A DNA stretch of 57,268 bases, counting the filler, from Dugesia japonica (Eukaryota), in assembly GCA_001938525.1 (NCBI GenBank). It is 6 parts of 6 records of this genome, joined end to end, with 100 filler letters (N's around TTAATTAATTAA, not from the genome) between each part and the next. Parts side by side here need not be neighbours in the genome. Positions count along the whole stretch, not along the records: positions 17,494 to 26,615 come from MQRL01630921.1; positions 26,716 to 38,364 come from MQRL01608265.1; positions 38,465 to 47,884 come from MQRL01646375.1; 3 more parts are not named here. One strand, given 5' to 3'. Under the pieces are notes generated by a model. It was given only the letters and a program-made list of their open reading frames with translations. It made no database searches and had not been told where the DNA came from. Positions 25,918-38,899 of this stretch are shown in pieces (positions within the stretch are counted from its first letter, which is position 1; each line of letters opens with the position of its first letter). A program made the position numbers and the translations under genes.

Positions 25918-26572
25918 TTTGTGTTTAATATTATTAGTAATTGTGNNNNNNNNNNNNNNNNNNNNNNNNNNNNNNNNNNNNNNNNNNNNNNNNNNTTAAT
26001 TGTAAAATTTTTACTTGTAGCATTTGATAATAAATGTTGCATAATAAATTTTGATAATTAATTTTCTTAATTATGCTTAATGAAGATTAAGTTAACTCCG
26101 AGGTATGCATGCCTCTCAATTATTATCATTATTAATAATATTATAATAATATTAATAATATTATCACCATTAAAGATAATAATAATAATAATAATAATAT
26201 TTGTGTTTAATATTATTAGTAATTGTGTTTTTGAGATACCAATAAAGAGAAACCTTAACCTTCCCTAAAATCCGATCCTGTACAAGATTATTATTGCATT
26301 AAAGTTTTCTAAAATAGATAAGGTTTGTTGAGAAATGTGATTTTTGCCTGAAAAATATGTATAAGTTATTTTAGAATTAGCAAAAAATATGTGAAGATTA
26401 GCAAATATTCACAAGATATATCATTTAGATGTAGGTAAATGGTTCGCAAAAAATCATTTAACTCATTAGAACAAAAGCAAGTGTAAAGAAAAATAATGTT
26501 AATATTCAAAAACCTAATGTTCATATGCAAAATCTCAATGTTAATTATTATTATTATTATTACTATTATTAC

Positions 26573-26615
<43 letters not shown>

Positions 26616-26715
26616 NNNNNNNNNNNNNNNNNNNNNNNNNNNNNNNNNNNNNNNNNNNNTTAATTAATTAANNNNNNNNNNNNNNNNNNNNNNNNNNNNN
26701 NNNNNNNNNNNNNNN
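26616..26715. other. Artificial scaffold linker
   Basis: N44-TTAATTAATTAA-N44. Confidence 0.95.
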
Positions 26716-28356
26716 TTAGTACAAATTCCGACTAACGAGTTCCCAGATAAACTCCATTTCTCAAAATAGTTATTCAAAACAAGAGAATATTTTCTAATGT
26801 CCAATAGACTTTTTTTATATTAATTATATTTTCTCATTTTCACATTAATTATTAATTGTTCAACAAGATTGATATCTAATTGAAATTTTTTTATAAAATT
26901 ACTTTAAAGATTTTTTATTTGAAAAATGTGGAATTAATTATTTATAATTAATGAAATAAGAAATGAATTTATTTTGAAAGAACACCATTAACTCTACATG
27001 AGAAATTTTGTCATAACTATTATAAATTAATGGTATAAATAATTCTTTTTTGTAAATAACTAGTAATTTGATCAATAGCCTTCCTTTTTAAAAATTTTTA
27101 ATAAATATATTATTGTTCAGTTATTAAAAATGACATCAATTTAATTAATTTAAAGAAAAACTTAAAAATAAAAAAAAATTAAATATTTGGTATTTCTATT
27201 AATTATATTAAATATTTCATGGAATCTCCAATATCAAGACGTGAATCACAGTGAAACCAAATAAAATAGAATATATATTAAACTGTCGGTGCATTCATTT
27301 TTCATTTTTATTTCAATTTAAAACTCAAACTTTAATTAATGGTCTCAGTTTATTGGAATTTTTATTGTGAATTTCCATTATTAGAACTTAGAAATGACAT
27401 TGATTAATAATTTAAATGTCCAATTCCGTTAGAGTTGATTGAGCTTCATTTAGATTGTGAATTTAATTTAATTTAAAATCCATGTTAATGTTACATTTAT
27501 TAGTAGATTTAATTTTATTCTGAAAAGTTAATAATTCGGTCATTAATTAAATTTGCTATATTTCAAAAATAATATTTAAATTTTTCTAGTTATAATTAAT
27601 ATTTATTAAATTAATATTAAAGTAATTTAAATTGACATTGAATCTAAATACAAATTTTCTAATTAAAAATTTTAAATTTGTAAACGTTTTGTTAATATGA
27701 AGCGATATGATTACAGTTTGTATATTTTTTCTCACAAATTAATCGCCCATAAGTTTTTGTCATCTTAAATATGATTACAAAGCCAATGAGAAAAATGTTC
27801 TAGTATGTTTTCAACAGAAACTACCCAATGAGATATATAATACGAGTTCTTATACTCTTATCAATATCAATAAAGATATCAAGTAAATAATCAATATTTC
27901 ATTAGTCATCTATTTACTCGAAATATTGATTAATATATCTATACTACTTTTGTAATATTTTAATTTAAATTTATTTTAAGAGAATTTGTATATCCAACTA
28001 TTTTCATGACTTTCGAATTTGATGGTTTTATTTAGATATATTTCCAGAGAATTATTAGATTTATTATTTCTCTTCATATCTTAATAAAGAACGTTTAATT
28101 ATTACAGATTTAATGAAAATCAGTAAAAAAAATTAGAATTACTCTTGAGGTTTTGGTCAAACTTATAAATTTAAATCGAAAGTAGAATGATGAAATTCTG
28201 AACTTTTCATCCTCTTAATTGAAATTTTGTACAACTATTCAATGTATTTTATTTGTTTATGAAATGAAAATTTTAAATTCAATTTCGTAAATAAACTTAT
28301 CGAATACTTAATAATTATATTATTAAACTGATAAAATTCGTTATACAATTAAACTT

Positions 28357-28515
28357 ATTGTGAGAATAATTTTTGGATTTAAACCATGGATCACATTTTT
28401 AAAGTTTCAATATATTCAAAGTGTAGATCAAAATGTTATTGTTTTTTAATTTTTTAGATATCTGAATTTTCGACAATAGCGTTCTTCAGGGATTTACTTT
28501 TTGATTTATTCAAGT
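28357..28515 (-). repeat. Diverged family-A terminal repeat with degenerate hammerhead (28456-28496)
   Basis: Minus strand reads aaatcc-CTGAAGA-acgctattgtc-GAA-aatt-C-agatat. The distal attgtgagaataatt motif is retained. Confidence 0.5.
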
Positions 28516-28781
28516 TAATAATTGAAATAAAAATAATTTTGAAATTTAATTTATTTTTAAAACACAATGACAAATTTTTAATAAAAAATAAATCAAGCCA
28601 CAAGTGACGTAATTAGAAAATTTGGGCCCTTATGCAAAAGTTTTTAAAGGGCGTCTAATTTTTTTTATTTAGAACAAGTACTAGGGATATAACTAGTTAA
28701 TTAATTAATTTAAATAAGTATGTAATAAACGATGGCAAATGTTTGATAAAAAATAAATAACGCTATTTATAATAAAAAATT

Positions 28782-28825
28782 ATTGTGAAATATTTCGATG
28801 GATCAACCGACATCATCAGAGAAAA
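28782..28825 (-). ncRNA. Degenerate hammerhead, family B, in an inverted repeat at the 5' edge of a PLE
   Basis: Minus strand reads ttct-CTGATGA-t-gtcgg-ttgat-ccatc-GAA-atattt-C-acaat, directly upstream and antisense of the PLE RT remnant. Confidence 0.6.
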
Positions 28826-28829
28826 TGAA

Positions 28830-31800
28830 AAGTTCCTTTGCTAGAAACAATAGATCAGAAAAATATTTATGGGAAAATAATGTTAGTGATCATACTGAAA
28901 TAAATATACCTACCTTTCGTGAATTGTTGACAATAGCTACGGATAATGTTTCGTTTTGGTATTTTAATAAATGATATAAACATATAGATAGGGTGGCTAT
29001 GGATATTCCACTATGTCCTACAATAGCGTTGATTTTCTTGAATAAACTTGAAGAACGAATGAGCTTATTTTCTTTGAATAAGCCTCCTGCTTATAAAATA
29101 TATGTTGATGGCATTTTTCTTATTTTTGGTAATCGTGAACTTGTTTTGCCTTTTCAAAGTTTTTATGAATGAAAGTTTTTTTTCTGTAGAGGAGAAAAGA
29201 AATGATATTTTGCTTTTTTGGATATTTAAATTGAAAGGAAATCATCATATAATATACGACTGTAATCTACAGAAAGAAAAGTGATACCGGAATAAATAGA
29301 TTTTGTGATCCAGCTTATAATAGGAACACGATAAAATGCTCAGTGTTTCGTTTTTGGTCATTGTCCTCAACATATTCAAAATCCATGAATAGCATCGAAT
29401 ATTTAATAAAGTTACTGTAAGCAAACTGATATAATAAACAATTTTTAAATTCGTTGACTTCGCAGATCATTGATAAATTTTAGTTCGTAACAATATTGAT
29501 TTCGATATATAAGTTGAAACTATGTTGAAAAATTTTGAATCTAATAACACTTTGTCAAATTGTGCTGGACCATTTATTTTATCGATTCCTTATTCTGAAG
29601 GTTTCAAAAAGTTAAAATATTCGATTCTGAAAGCTGTTAAGGATCTTTCTTTATTGAAAATCGTTTCTACTTTTCAAAAAATTGTTCATAACTTTGTTTA
29701 TAAATTTTTATGCAATGGGTGTGATACCCAATAGATTAGAGAGACTGCTCGGAATCTCTGTAAAAGTGTCTGCTGTGCTCATAATTAAACTAAGTAACAC
29801 TGTTTGAAATATCCCTTATTATCACAAATTTGATATTTAAACAATTATCATTTAATTTCAATTTTAATTTTAATAATAATTCTACATCACTTCCCGTTTT
29901 AAATTGAGTGCACCGATTAAATTGCTGGCTTCAATCTGTCTATTGAAACGATCTTTGGAGAGCCATCTAAATTGATTTCGAATGTTTTGTTATCTTCAAT
30001 ACGACTGCTACCTCTCAGCTACCAGTGTTGTTAGTTTTGCTCAAGCGTGACAGCCATCGTAAATCCTTTTGAATTCTCTGAATTGCAGTGATTTCGGTAG
30101 AATGTTTCGCGGTTTGGGTGGCGATATGTCTATAACTATTCCTACCTCAGAGACACTTAATTTCAAGGAAGATTTTTTTAGCGATGCTTCAAGGTTCTCG
30201 ATTGCTTGCTGTTTGATTATTTCATCCATTGTTATGTGTTCGACTTTCTTGCTTAGTGCGTTTATTCTTGAAAGAAAATCCGCTACTGTGTTCTCCAATT
30301 CCTTTAAATATTCTAATTTGAAGGAAAATTGAGCAAGGAATTCAAGCCATATACATTGTCTGGGATTTTGATCTTTCATAGTTGCAATATTTAATAAAGG
30401 CTGGTTGCAAGTCTGTATTGTGAATTGTGTAGAATCTAAATTGTGCTGGGAATTCTTAACTGCAACTACTACTGCTAATAGTTTTCTGTCGAAGGTTGAG
30501 GAATTTCTCTACAGAAGACAATTTTCTTGGAAAAAAGACAATTAAAGAATGTTTTCCTTCGGACTTCACTTGCTCCAATGCAGCTCCAACTGTTTCTAAT
30601 GATGCATCAGTTCTTAACATAAATTGTTTTGACTTGTTTTTTTTCGATAATTAGCTTGTAGAGTGGTGCAATATTTTCAGATAAATTTAAAATGAGCCAA
30701 GGATAAAAGGCAACGCAGCCTTCAAATTTTTGCAAGCTCTTTAAGTTGGCTGGAAGGCTAATTTCTTTCAAGCGTTCGATTGTTTTAGTTTTAGGAAGGA
30801 TTCCATTTTCTGATATATTTAATCCTAAAACTTCTAAATACATATATCTGCATAGATCTCTAACTAAATAGAATAGATGGTGTTAGTTACTTTTTGTTTA
30901 TAATCTTCANAGTCTACTTTATTTTTTGAAAATATTAGAATATCATCAATTTATGATATCGCGAAGTCTTGATGCCCTCTCAGAATTGTATCCACGAATC
31001 TTTGAAAAATAGCTGAGCAATTCTTCAACCCAAACGGCATTTTACAGCATTCTAATAAACCAAATGGTGTGATAACCACAGTTTTGTAAATGTCCTTTTC
31101 TGCTATCGCTATTTGGTAATTGCTTTTTAAAGGTCTAATTTGCTGAAAATTGTAGAGCCCCCAAGTTTATCCAATAGATCTTGGATTCTAGGTAAAGGGT
31201 ATTTGTCTGGTAGTGTTAGTTCATTTAATTGTCTGTAGTCTCCACAAGGTCTCCATGATCTATATTGTTTCTTAACGACAACAAGTGATGAGGCCCAGTT
31301 CATGTTGATAGGGAAAATTATTCCAGCTCTCAGAAGACGATCAAATTCTCTTTTTACTGCATCAAATTTTTCTATAAATAATCGTCGAAATTTCTGTGCT
31401 ACTGGATTGCTTTTCGTGTTAATATTCATCTGAATATTAAAATGACCATTTTGTAGGACTTGATTTGCCATTTCTACACAACAAAAGATTTTATGGTTCA
31501 ATAATTTAAACTATGGGTTGATTTACACATGCTGATTTTAGGGTGTTATTTAATATGTAAATACTTTTACTATATATATGTAATATATTTACTACAGATT
31601 ATAAATATAGTGATATGTGTAGATATCCTTATGTTAATAACAAAAATACACCTTTTAAAAATATGATATTTTCGATGTATAATAAATAAATTGTACAGTA
31701 TAGCTATAGCTTAGAGATCAAAATTTTATTTTAAAAAGAGAAGCCAATTAAAGAGATAGGTTCTCTCAGTTAAATTGAGTCTAATTTTTCTAAAAAAAAT

Positions 31801-33810
31801 GATCAGTATTTATACTTATTTTACGTATGCTCTTGCTATCAGACACACACACACACAAAACAAATAACTATGCATATGCACATATTTAAAATAAATAATA
31901 CCTACTTTATTTTTTCACCAAAATAAATAATTCCTGCATTATTTTTAATAAAACCTAAATTTCCACTTTAATAAAATGAAATCAATAATATAAATTCCTT
32001 AAAATAAAATCAATAAGATAACACCTGTTCAAATTAAAATATCAAGTTGTAACAAATTTTCCACTATTTTAAAATTATAATACAATAAACCCGAAATAAT
32101 AAAATCATAAAATAATAAAAATTATTAAAGTCATATTGATTAATATAAAAAAGCCAAAATCAATGATAAATGCCGATATAGGATAATTGAATGAACTTGA
32201 ATAGGTTTAAATTCGAATATCAAATAATAAATAATAAAATAACAAAATCAATTTCAATTTCTCTGAACTTGAATGGGTTTGAATTCGAATATTGATTTGA
32301 TTGATCTCATGTATATATGTGTGTATATGACGTGTGCTTTAATTTGAACACAATAATCAAATCATATTGCCTAGAATGTCCAGGTATAGTGCGGCCGGAA
32401 GTAGAAAATTTTATGCATTTACTATTGCAGTTAATATTAACATCGTGATATGTAAAAAAGTTAGCACCCAATATAGGTGAGAATACATCTGCAACAATGA
32501 AATCCCACGTCATGGGGTTCTATGGTTACTGATGCTGAAAGAAAGAGTTCTGAGACCATAGCTTAATATTGGTTCAATGGTTGCAGACACCAATGAGTGA
32601 GTTGAACTACTACTAGCCAGCTTAAAAATTTCTTTTGGAAGAATACTTTTATCAGCTACACTGTCAAAAAGGAATGCTACTGCTGTTTTCTCTATATAAA
32701 GATCAATAAACAAAGATTTACGCTTGTCCAAGTCTAGTGTTGTATTAACACTAGTTGAGGAGACAGTGCTCGGTTCTACTGTCTCCTATGATCGTTTTCC
32801 GAATTGAGTGGATTCCAGTTGTACGGGCTTTGACATTTGATGATTTTATTTCCAAATTTTCTGTGATAAAAGCATAATTGATCGGATGGTTTCGATTTCG
32901 ATTCATACTTGTTTCTATCATTTGATTTTTTATTAAAATTATCCTGTACTTTGAACAAGCTTGACGCTCTTTCATTTGAAATCTTGATGAGCTTATCAGC
33001 AAATTTCGCCATTTCTGATAAGGTAAGAAAATTCTTGCAAATCTGAATATCCGCAGGCATCATGGATTCAAATTAATTTTTGAGAAGAACATTAGTTTCC
33101 AAGTCAGCATTCTTGTCGAAGCATTTGACAAGGGCTTGGAGTTTTCGTAGAGCAATGAAAGGAGATTGTCCATCCAATGATTGAGTGTTCCAAATCTTTG
33201 AATTGCATCTTGTGGAGTTAACTCGTAATTCTCCAAAAGTGCATTTTTTAAATTGGTGTAACTAGGATCACCGGAATATTTAAGAAATGTTTCATATTCT
33301 ATGAGAATTTCCATTGGCAAATTAGATATTAGGTGCTGGAATTTGGTCGATTCTGAAGTAATCCTGGCGAGTTTGAAAAAGTTCTCCACTTGCAGAAACC
33401 AGAGTTTGACATTGCGCATAAGAATTTCAAACATGCATTGATTACAACTGTCACTGTTACTTCTGACAACAGATGTTATGTTCATAATTAAACTAAGTAA
33501 CAAATTTTGAAATATCTCTTATTATCACAAATATGATATTTAAACAAATATAATTTAATTTCAATTTTAATTTTAATGTATAATTATTAATATTAATTTT
33601 ACAGTGTCCAAGAGCATAATCGTTTGGTAGTGGTAGTAATATTACCGAGCATAAATATCAAACTAAATGTAATACATTTCAAATTTTAAAAATTTGTCTA
33701 AACAATTTAAAAATTATTAGGAGAGAGTACTATGTGAGGCGTTAATGATTAGATTTCATATACTGAGAATTAATGTAAAAGCAGCTCTTTCTACTAAATT
33801 AATATAAAGT
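28830..33810 (+). mobile_element. Decayed Penelope-like element (RT + GIY-YIG), split by a Gypsy insertion: 28830-29770 and 33604 to about 33810
   Basis: RVAMDIPLCPTIA (GVAMGSPL.P..A) and YVDGIF (YVDD). VYKFLCNGCDTQ*IRETARNLCKSV|QEHN is a GIY-YIG motif restored on removing 29771-33608. Confidence 0.85.
29771..33603 (-). mobile_element. Gypsy (Mag-like) LTR retrotransposon, decayed, with both LTRs and TSD
   Basis: LTRs 33474-33603 and 29771-29886 (TG..CA). TSD GTGTC at 29766-29770 and 33604-33608. PPT gggaagtga and PBS-like tgttgtcagaagt. Gag WFLQVE..F..RITS..TKF and LCFYHRKFG, protease FLFDSVAD, RT WRPCGDYRQLN..KYPLP..FSKLDL and an RNase H remnant. Integrase is largely deleted. Confidence 0.93.
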
Positions 33811-33875
33811 TTTTTGATTTAAAATTCTAAATTTTTCATAAGTTTTTATAGAATATTATTTTTATTTAGTTTTTA

Positions 33876-33951
<76 letters not shown>

Positions 33952-34561
33952 NNNNNNNNNNNNNNNNNNNNNNNNNNNNNNNNNNNNNNNNNNNNNNNNN
34001 NNNNNNNNNNNNNNNNNNNNNNNNNNNNNNNNNNNNNNNNNNNNNNNNNNNNNNNNNNNNNNNNNNNNNNNNNNNNNNNNNNNNNNNNNNNNNNNNNNNN
34101 NNNNNNNNNNNNNTTATTATTATTATTATAATTATTATTATTATTATTATTATTATTATTTGATTATTTTATTTTTATTTTAATTTTTTATTGTTTTATA
34201 TATATCTTTTTAGGTTTATAATTTTTAAATTTAATTCGTAAAAATTGACAATTTTGATTTTTTGATGTTTTAAGATTTCAATACATTTTATATTTATTAA
34301 ATTTGAAAAGAAAATTCAAAAAAATGAAAATGTTTTGATTTTTTGAGCCCGGAGAAAAATGATATGTAGAATCAATAAAGCATGGTATAATAAGAATTGT
34401 GGGGAAGTTAGTGAAAATAACAAAAAGAGAATGTTGCAATAAATTGTTGAATCGAACGAGCACTGAGCCGGGATACTAATTATTATTATCAGCATTATTA
34501 TTGTTATTATTATTATTATTATTATTATAAGAAAAAAATGGACGACGATATTTGAATTATA

Positions 34562-35815
34562 AAATTTTTTATGATTTTGAAAGTTTTCCAGATGCTGGGA
34601 ATAGTTTTTGATTCAACTATTCTGTTATAGAGTAATGTGAGTACTTTGCCTTAAGGATTTAATAACGCAATATCTCTATAGTAAATTCCATCTTGACTAG
34701 GACAAGAATTATTAGCTTTTTTAATTTCTGAGAGTACTTCGTTTTCACTAATTGGCTCGAGACTTAATGGCATGTCTGACATTTTGCAGTTTTTTAATAT
34801 GACATCCCAGCTTTTTATTTTTGGCTCTTCATGATTAAAATGACTGAGAATGCTTTCAAGATTTAGTATTACATTGTATATTGTTTTTGTTTAATATTTT
34901 TGTAACAGTCCGTTTCATATTAGTCAAAAATTGAAATCTGAGCTGATGTTTAATGGTTCACTCTTTTTGAATTTGGCCGAGATATGGTTTATGGAAATTT
35001 GATTTAAAGTTTATCTTCGGAATATTTTCTATTATTCTACTAAGAATTGTATTGGGATCTTGATTTGATATTAGGTAAACTAGCTCATTGCATTTTCTTT
35101 TCCTATTATTTAGAGTCAGCCTAGGCATTTTATTTGATTATACTTGTGTAATTTTTACTTTTAATGAGTGCTGTTCTCTGCAATGATTGGTTGAAGTTTT
35201 TTTGATTGTGTCATCAATATTTCTAAGATTTATATTTGTAAGAGGTTTATCAAGAGAAAAGTGTTTGATAAATGCATATAAGAGAATTTGGATAAATAGG
35301 CCTGATGGTCGAGTATCATATGAACAGTGACCTTGAGTTGTTACGCGATTATCAACTTCTTTAATTTCATTAATATTTGTAAGAAAATCACGACGTAAAC
35401 TGATATAATCTTTATTTTCTGATTCTGATGTTGGGTTAAGTATATAATAATCATCACAATTGTAATCCAATATGAAAAGTACCTTGTGATATTTTGTCGG
35501 TGCTAAAACAGCAAAATCTGTTGTTGTGAACAGACTTGTTCGATGTCAAGAAAATCCTTTAAGTATTCTGACGAGTTTTCGATAATTGCAGTACACATTG
35601 TAGTTCCTAGTAGCATAGACATGATCACCAAATTGAGGCCGTTGAAATACATTTGGATAATTTTATCATTTATTTTGCCATTAATCAAACTAAGAGAAGG
35701 TTTAATATCGTCAGGAATTTTTTCATTCAGTTCATACAATGAGTCATACATAGTTGTATTGTCAATTCTACGATTGAACAACCTTTTTTCTGTTTGTACA
35801 ATAAATACTTATCAA
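34562..35815 (-). mobile_element. Non-LTR retrotransposon fragment (NeSL/R2-group-like): Ulp1-type protease followed by start of RT
   Basis: INGKINDKIIQMYF.., H.VLFILD..YYILNP and Q...YD..SGLF resemble the C48 protease. Downstream on the same strand is PISENEVLSEIKKANNSCPSQDGIYY..P*GKVLTLLYNRIV...IPSIWK (RT domain 0-1). Confidence 0.7.
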
Positions 35816-35933
35816 TAAAAACTCATCAACTTTGCTGAAGACTCAAAAACCCATTTAACGTTACATTTTAGAAAAATTAACATAAAATCTTGATATTGTT
35901 TCATGCAAATAGTTAAACAAGAAGAAAATTCAG

Positions 35934-36917
35934 ATGAAATCGAATTTTTTCTTTACACTTTTACCAAGTAATAGTAGTCCGTTAGTTCATCCAAATAATA
36001 CTGCTAGTAAATACATTGTTGAGCTTAAAAATTCAATTTACATGGATGGTAATTGGGAAGTTGCAATGATGGATTTCACCATTGTATATTCAGCATGCCA
36101 ATTTACAGTCAATCCAGGATTGTGTATGAATTTTTTAAAATAATTGTTGTTAACAAACAAACAGTTCTTTTAACTCTTACTAGTAAAAGCAAATATCAAA
36201 ATAATAAGGAAACAGATATACAAAGCAAAGAATAAAAATACAATAACCGTTGTTAGTGATATTAAATTCCACACTTTATCGTTACATACTATAGAAAATT
36301 TGGAAAGATTTTTGTATTATAGAGCTTATGTAACACAAAAGGGTAATATTGTAAGTCTTTGATACTAGTAAACATATTGATGATAAAACTTTTGCTATTC
36401 GATTTCATACCTTTAAAAAGGATGATACTGTTGAACAAATAAAAATTAATTATTACTATACGATTGTAACTAAACATTATTTTCAATTTGAAACCGATTT
36501 TTATATAAAGGATTTAAAATAACTAAATGAGTATATTAAAAAAAATTACTAGGATTAAATGAATCGCAATTTACTCGAATACAAATTGGTGATAAACAAC
36601 TAAAATATGAAAGCATCAAGAAACCAAGAATATTAAAGGGTTATAATGAAATGTACATCTATTGTAGTATTGTTGAGCCTATTGTTGTTGGTGATGTTAA
36701 TATTCCTTTATTAAAAGCTGTATGGATAGAACAACATGAGAACGATGAAGTAGTTCAAATAATTGTTGATCATCCAACGTATTTACCTATTTCTTCATCA
36801 TATATAAACAATAAAGAAATCAATTTACATGATGATAGTGGAAAACTAATCAACTTTGCTGAAGATTCAAAAACAGATTTAACGTTAAATTTAAGAAAAA
36901 TTAATAATGAATTCTGA
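35934..36917 (+). pseudogene. Polinton/adintovirus-like minor capsid protein (penton), disrupted
   Basis: N-terminal FFTLLPSNSS..HPNNT.S....L...I...GNWEVAM and C-terminal MYIYCSIVEP.VVGD..PLL..V...P.YLP...EINL.DD.GK.INF...LTL.. motifs. The middle has stops and frameshifts. Confidence 0.85.
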
Positions 36918-37404
36918 TATTGTATTATTGTATAGTACTAGCCAAGGAGGTGAAGAATTACCTTACTTTCTTGGAAAGCCATATGGATCTGGTTGGTTAC
37001 GAACTATAGGGAGATTTGCTTTACCTATTCTTAGACGTATTGGTTCTTTTGGTATGAAAACCGCTCAAGATATACTAGCTAATGACGGAAAATTACTACC
37101 CACATTGAAATCAATTGCATTAGCTGAACTTAGAAATGTAGTTTCTTCCTTAACAATTGTAGTTACCAGTATGATTCCAAAGGTAGCAAGTATATTACCA
37201 CAAAGTATAACTAATAAAATACCATCTGAAATAATTAATATGCTAACAAATCAATCTAAAACAGAACCAACTAATAGAAAATGCATAAAATCACATGCAT
37301 TATGTATAAACAAACGAATGAGAAAGGATGGAACAATATTTGGAAAACGATTTGTGGTAAAACTGAATTATGTATTTTTGATCGACCATCTCCTGAAGCT
37401 GTAA
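36907..37404 (+). CDS. Small Gly-rich/amphipathic virion-associated protein found between penton and hexon in adintovirus-like Polintons
   Basis: SQGGEELPYFLGKPYGSGWLRTIGRFALPILRRIG (Q.GG..P.F.G....G.G + amphipathic helix) with a basic C-terminus. It overlaps the penton stop and hexon start. Confidence 0.75.
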   Translation: MNSDIVLLYSTSQGGEELPYFLGKPYGSGWLRTIGRFALPILRRIGSFGMKTAQDILANDGKLLPTLKSIALAELRNVVSSLTIVVTSMIPKVASILPQSITNKIPSEIINMLTNQSKTEPTNRKCIKSHALCINKRMRKDGTIFGKRFVVKLNYVFLIDHLLKL

Positions 37405-38364
37405 TTGGAAATGGTAGTTTCGAAGATGTTTTACCTATGAATTAAATTTCTGAATCACATAGCGATGTAGAGTTTTTTATAAATGGATCTCAAACAGAAT
37501 ATTTGGATTCGAATGATACTTTATTGTATATTAAAGTAAAGGTAGTTGATAAGGATAATAAAGATTTGGCTGATAAGGATGATTCGGTTTCTAGTTCCTA
37601 TATGTTGCATACACTTTTTAAGGATGTAAATCTTTCTTTTAATAATTTCAAAATTGAAGATCGAAATGGATCTTATCTTCACAAAGCATTGATTTAAACT
37701 ATAATTAATTATAATGGTGATAGTAAGAATATATATCTTACAGCAATGGGATATGGATCAGAAGCAGATAGAAAAAAGTCTATTAAAACATCAAAACAAT
37801 TATCTCTATGCGGTTCAATACAACTCAATTTTATGGATCAACCCAAATACCTTATTCCAGTTGTCAACGTTCATTTTCGATTGAAACGAGCATATTCTAA
37901 GATTTGTTTGGAATCTGCAGCCAATGAACCTAAATATGTATTATTAGATGCAAAATTAATAGTTAGATTTGTACGCGTTGAACCCTCAGTACTAGTTGTT
38001 TATCAACTGGGACTAAAAAAGAAAAATGTTGTTTATCCAATAAGAAACAAAGATGTCGTTGCATTTTCAATTAGTAAATATAGTTCATCGTTTTATAAAG
38101 AACAAATCTTTGGTGACCGTAGATTTCCTAGCTTTAATCTGGTTACATTTCAAAGTGGAGAACAATATAATGGTAGTTATAAAAGCTCTAGTTCAACATT
38201 TCAAAATCTAGATGCTGTTTCCGTTTCCTTGAAAAAAACACTGATTATCTAGAAATATATACTCATGATTTTAAAAATGATAATTATACCACAACATATT
38301 TGCAATCTATAGTAAGAAATATGGAATATTTGGATAAGAATATGTATTGTGGAATAACACTTAA
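37328..38364 (+). pseudogene. Polinton/adintovirus-like major capsid protein (hexon, double jelly-roll), disrupted and cut by the scaffold end
   Basis: CGKTELCIFDRP..VI..GSFEDVLP..DVEFFING...YLD.NDT.LYIKVKV, LHTLF..V, QPKYLIP.V.V...L.R and AKL.VR.V...PSV match the MCP family pattern (C.KSELDLF..P). Confidence 0.88.
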
Positions 38365-38464
38365 NNNNNNNNNNNNNNNNNNNNNNNNNNNNNNNNNNNN
38401 NNNNNNNNTTAATTAATTAANNNNNNNNNNNNNNNNNNNNNNNNNNNNNNNNNNNNNNNNNNNN
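38365..38464. other. Artificial scaffold linker
   Basis: N44-TTAATTAATTAA-N44. Confidence 0.95.
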
Positions 38465-38899
38465 ACATTCTGTCAAAATATGTAATACGAAAATATATAT
38501 TGAAATGGCGTTTCAAAGTTTTTATTATTACTATTTTTAAATTGAATAGTCATTTGATTGTTGGAATTTCACTTATATTCAAATACTTATTATTTAAAAT
38601 ATTATTTTCACAGTTGTATCAACTCATTCAAATTGACAAAGCCAGAGCCTCCAAGAGTTCGCAATCCATGTGAAAAAGCGTCGAAAAGAAGCAGGTTGGT
38701 AAAGCTATTATCCCANNNNNNNNNNNNNNNNNNNNNNNNNNNNNNNNNNNNNNNNNNNNNNNNNNNNNNNNNNNNNNNNNNNNNNNNNNNNNNNNNNNNN
38801 NNNNNNNNNNNNNNNNNNNNNNNNNNNNNNNNNNNNAAACCAAATCAATCTATGATATACTCCTCATTGTTTACTAAAGTTCAGGTTACTTTTCAATTC

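Noticed and set aside
25689-26225. Tandem duplication of about 250 bp either side of an N gap
   Set aside because: Typical overlap of contig ends or haplotypes at a scaffold gap.
35138-35781. Cysteine-protease-like ORFs as the Polinton maturation protease (adenain)
   Set aside because: They are antisense to the capsid genes and lead into a non-LTR RT, which fits a retroelement Ulp1 domain better.
9102-38364. A single large Polinton spanning the 2-TM ORF and the capsid module
   Set aside because: The two are on different scaffolds, separated by artificial linkers and host genes.
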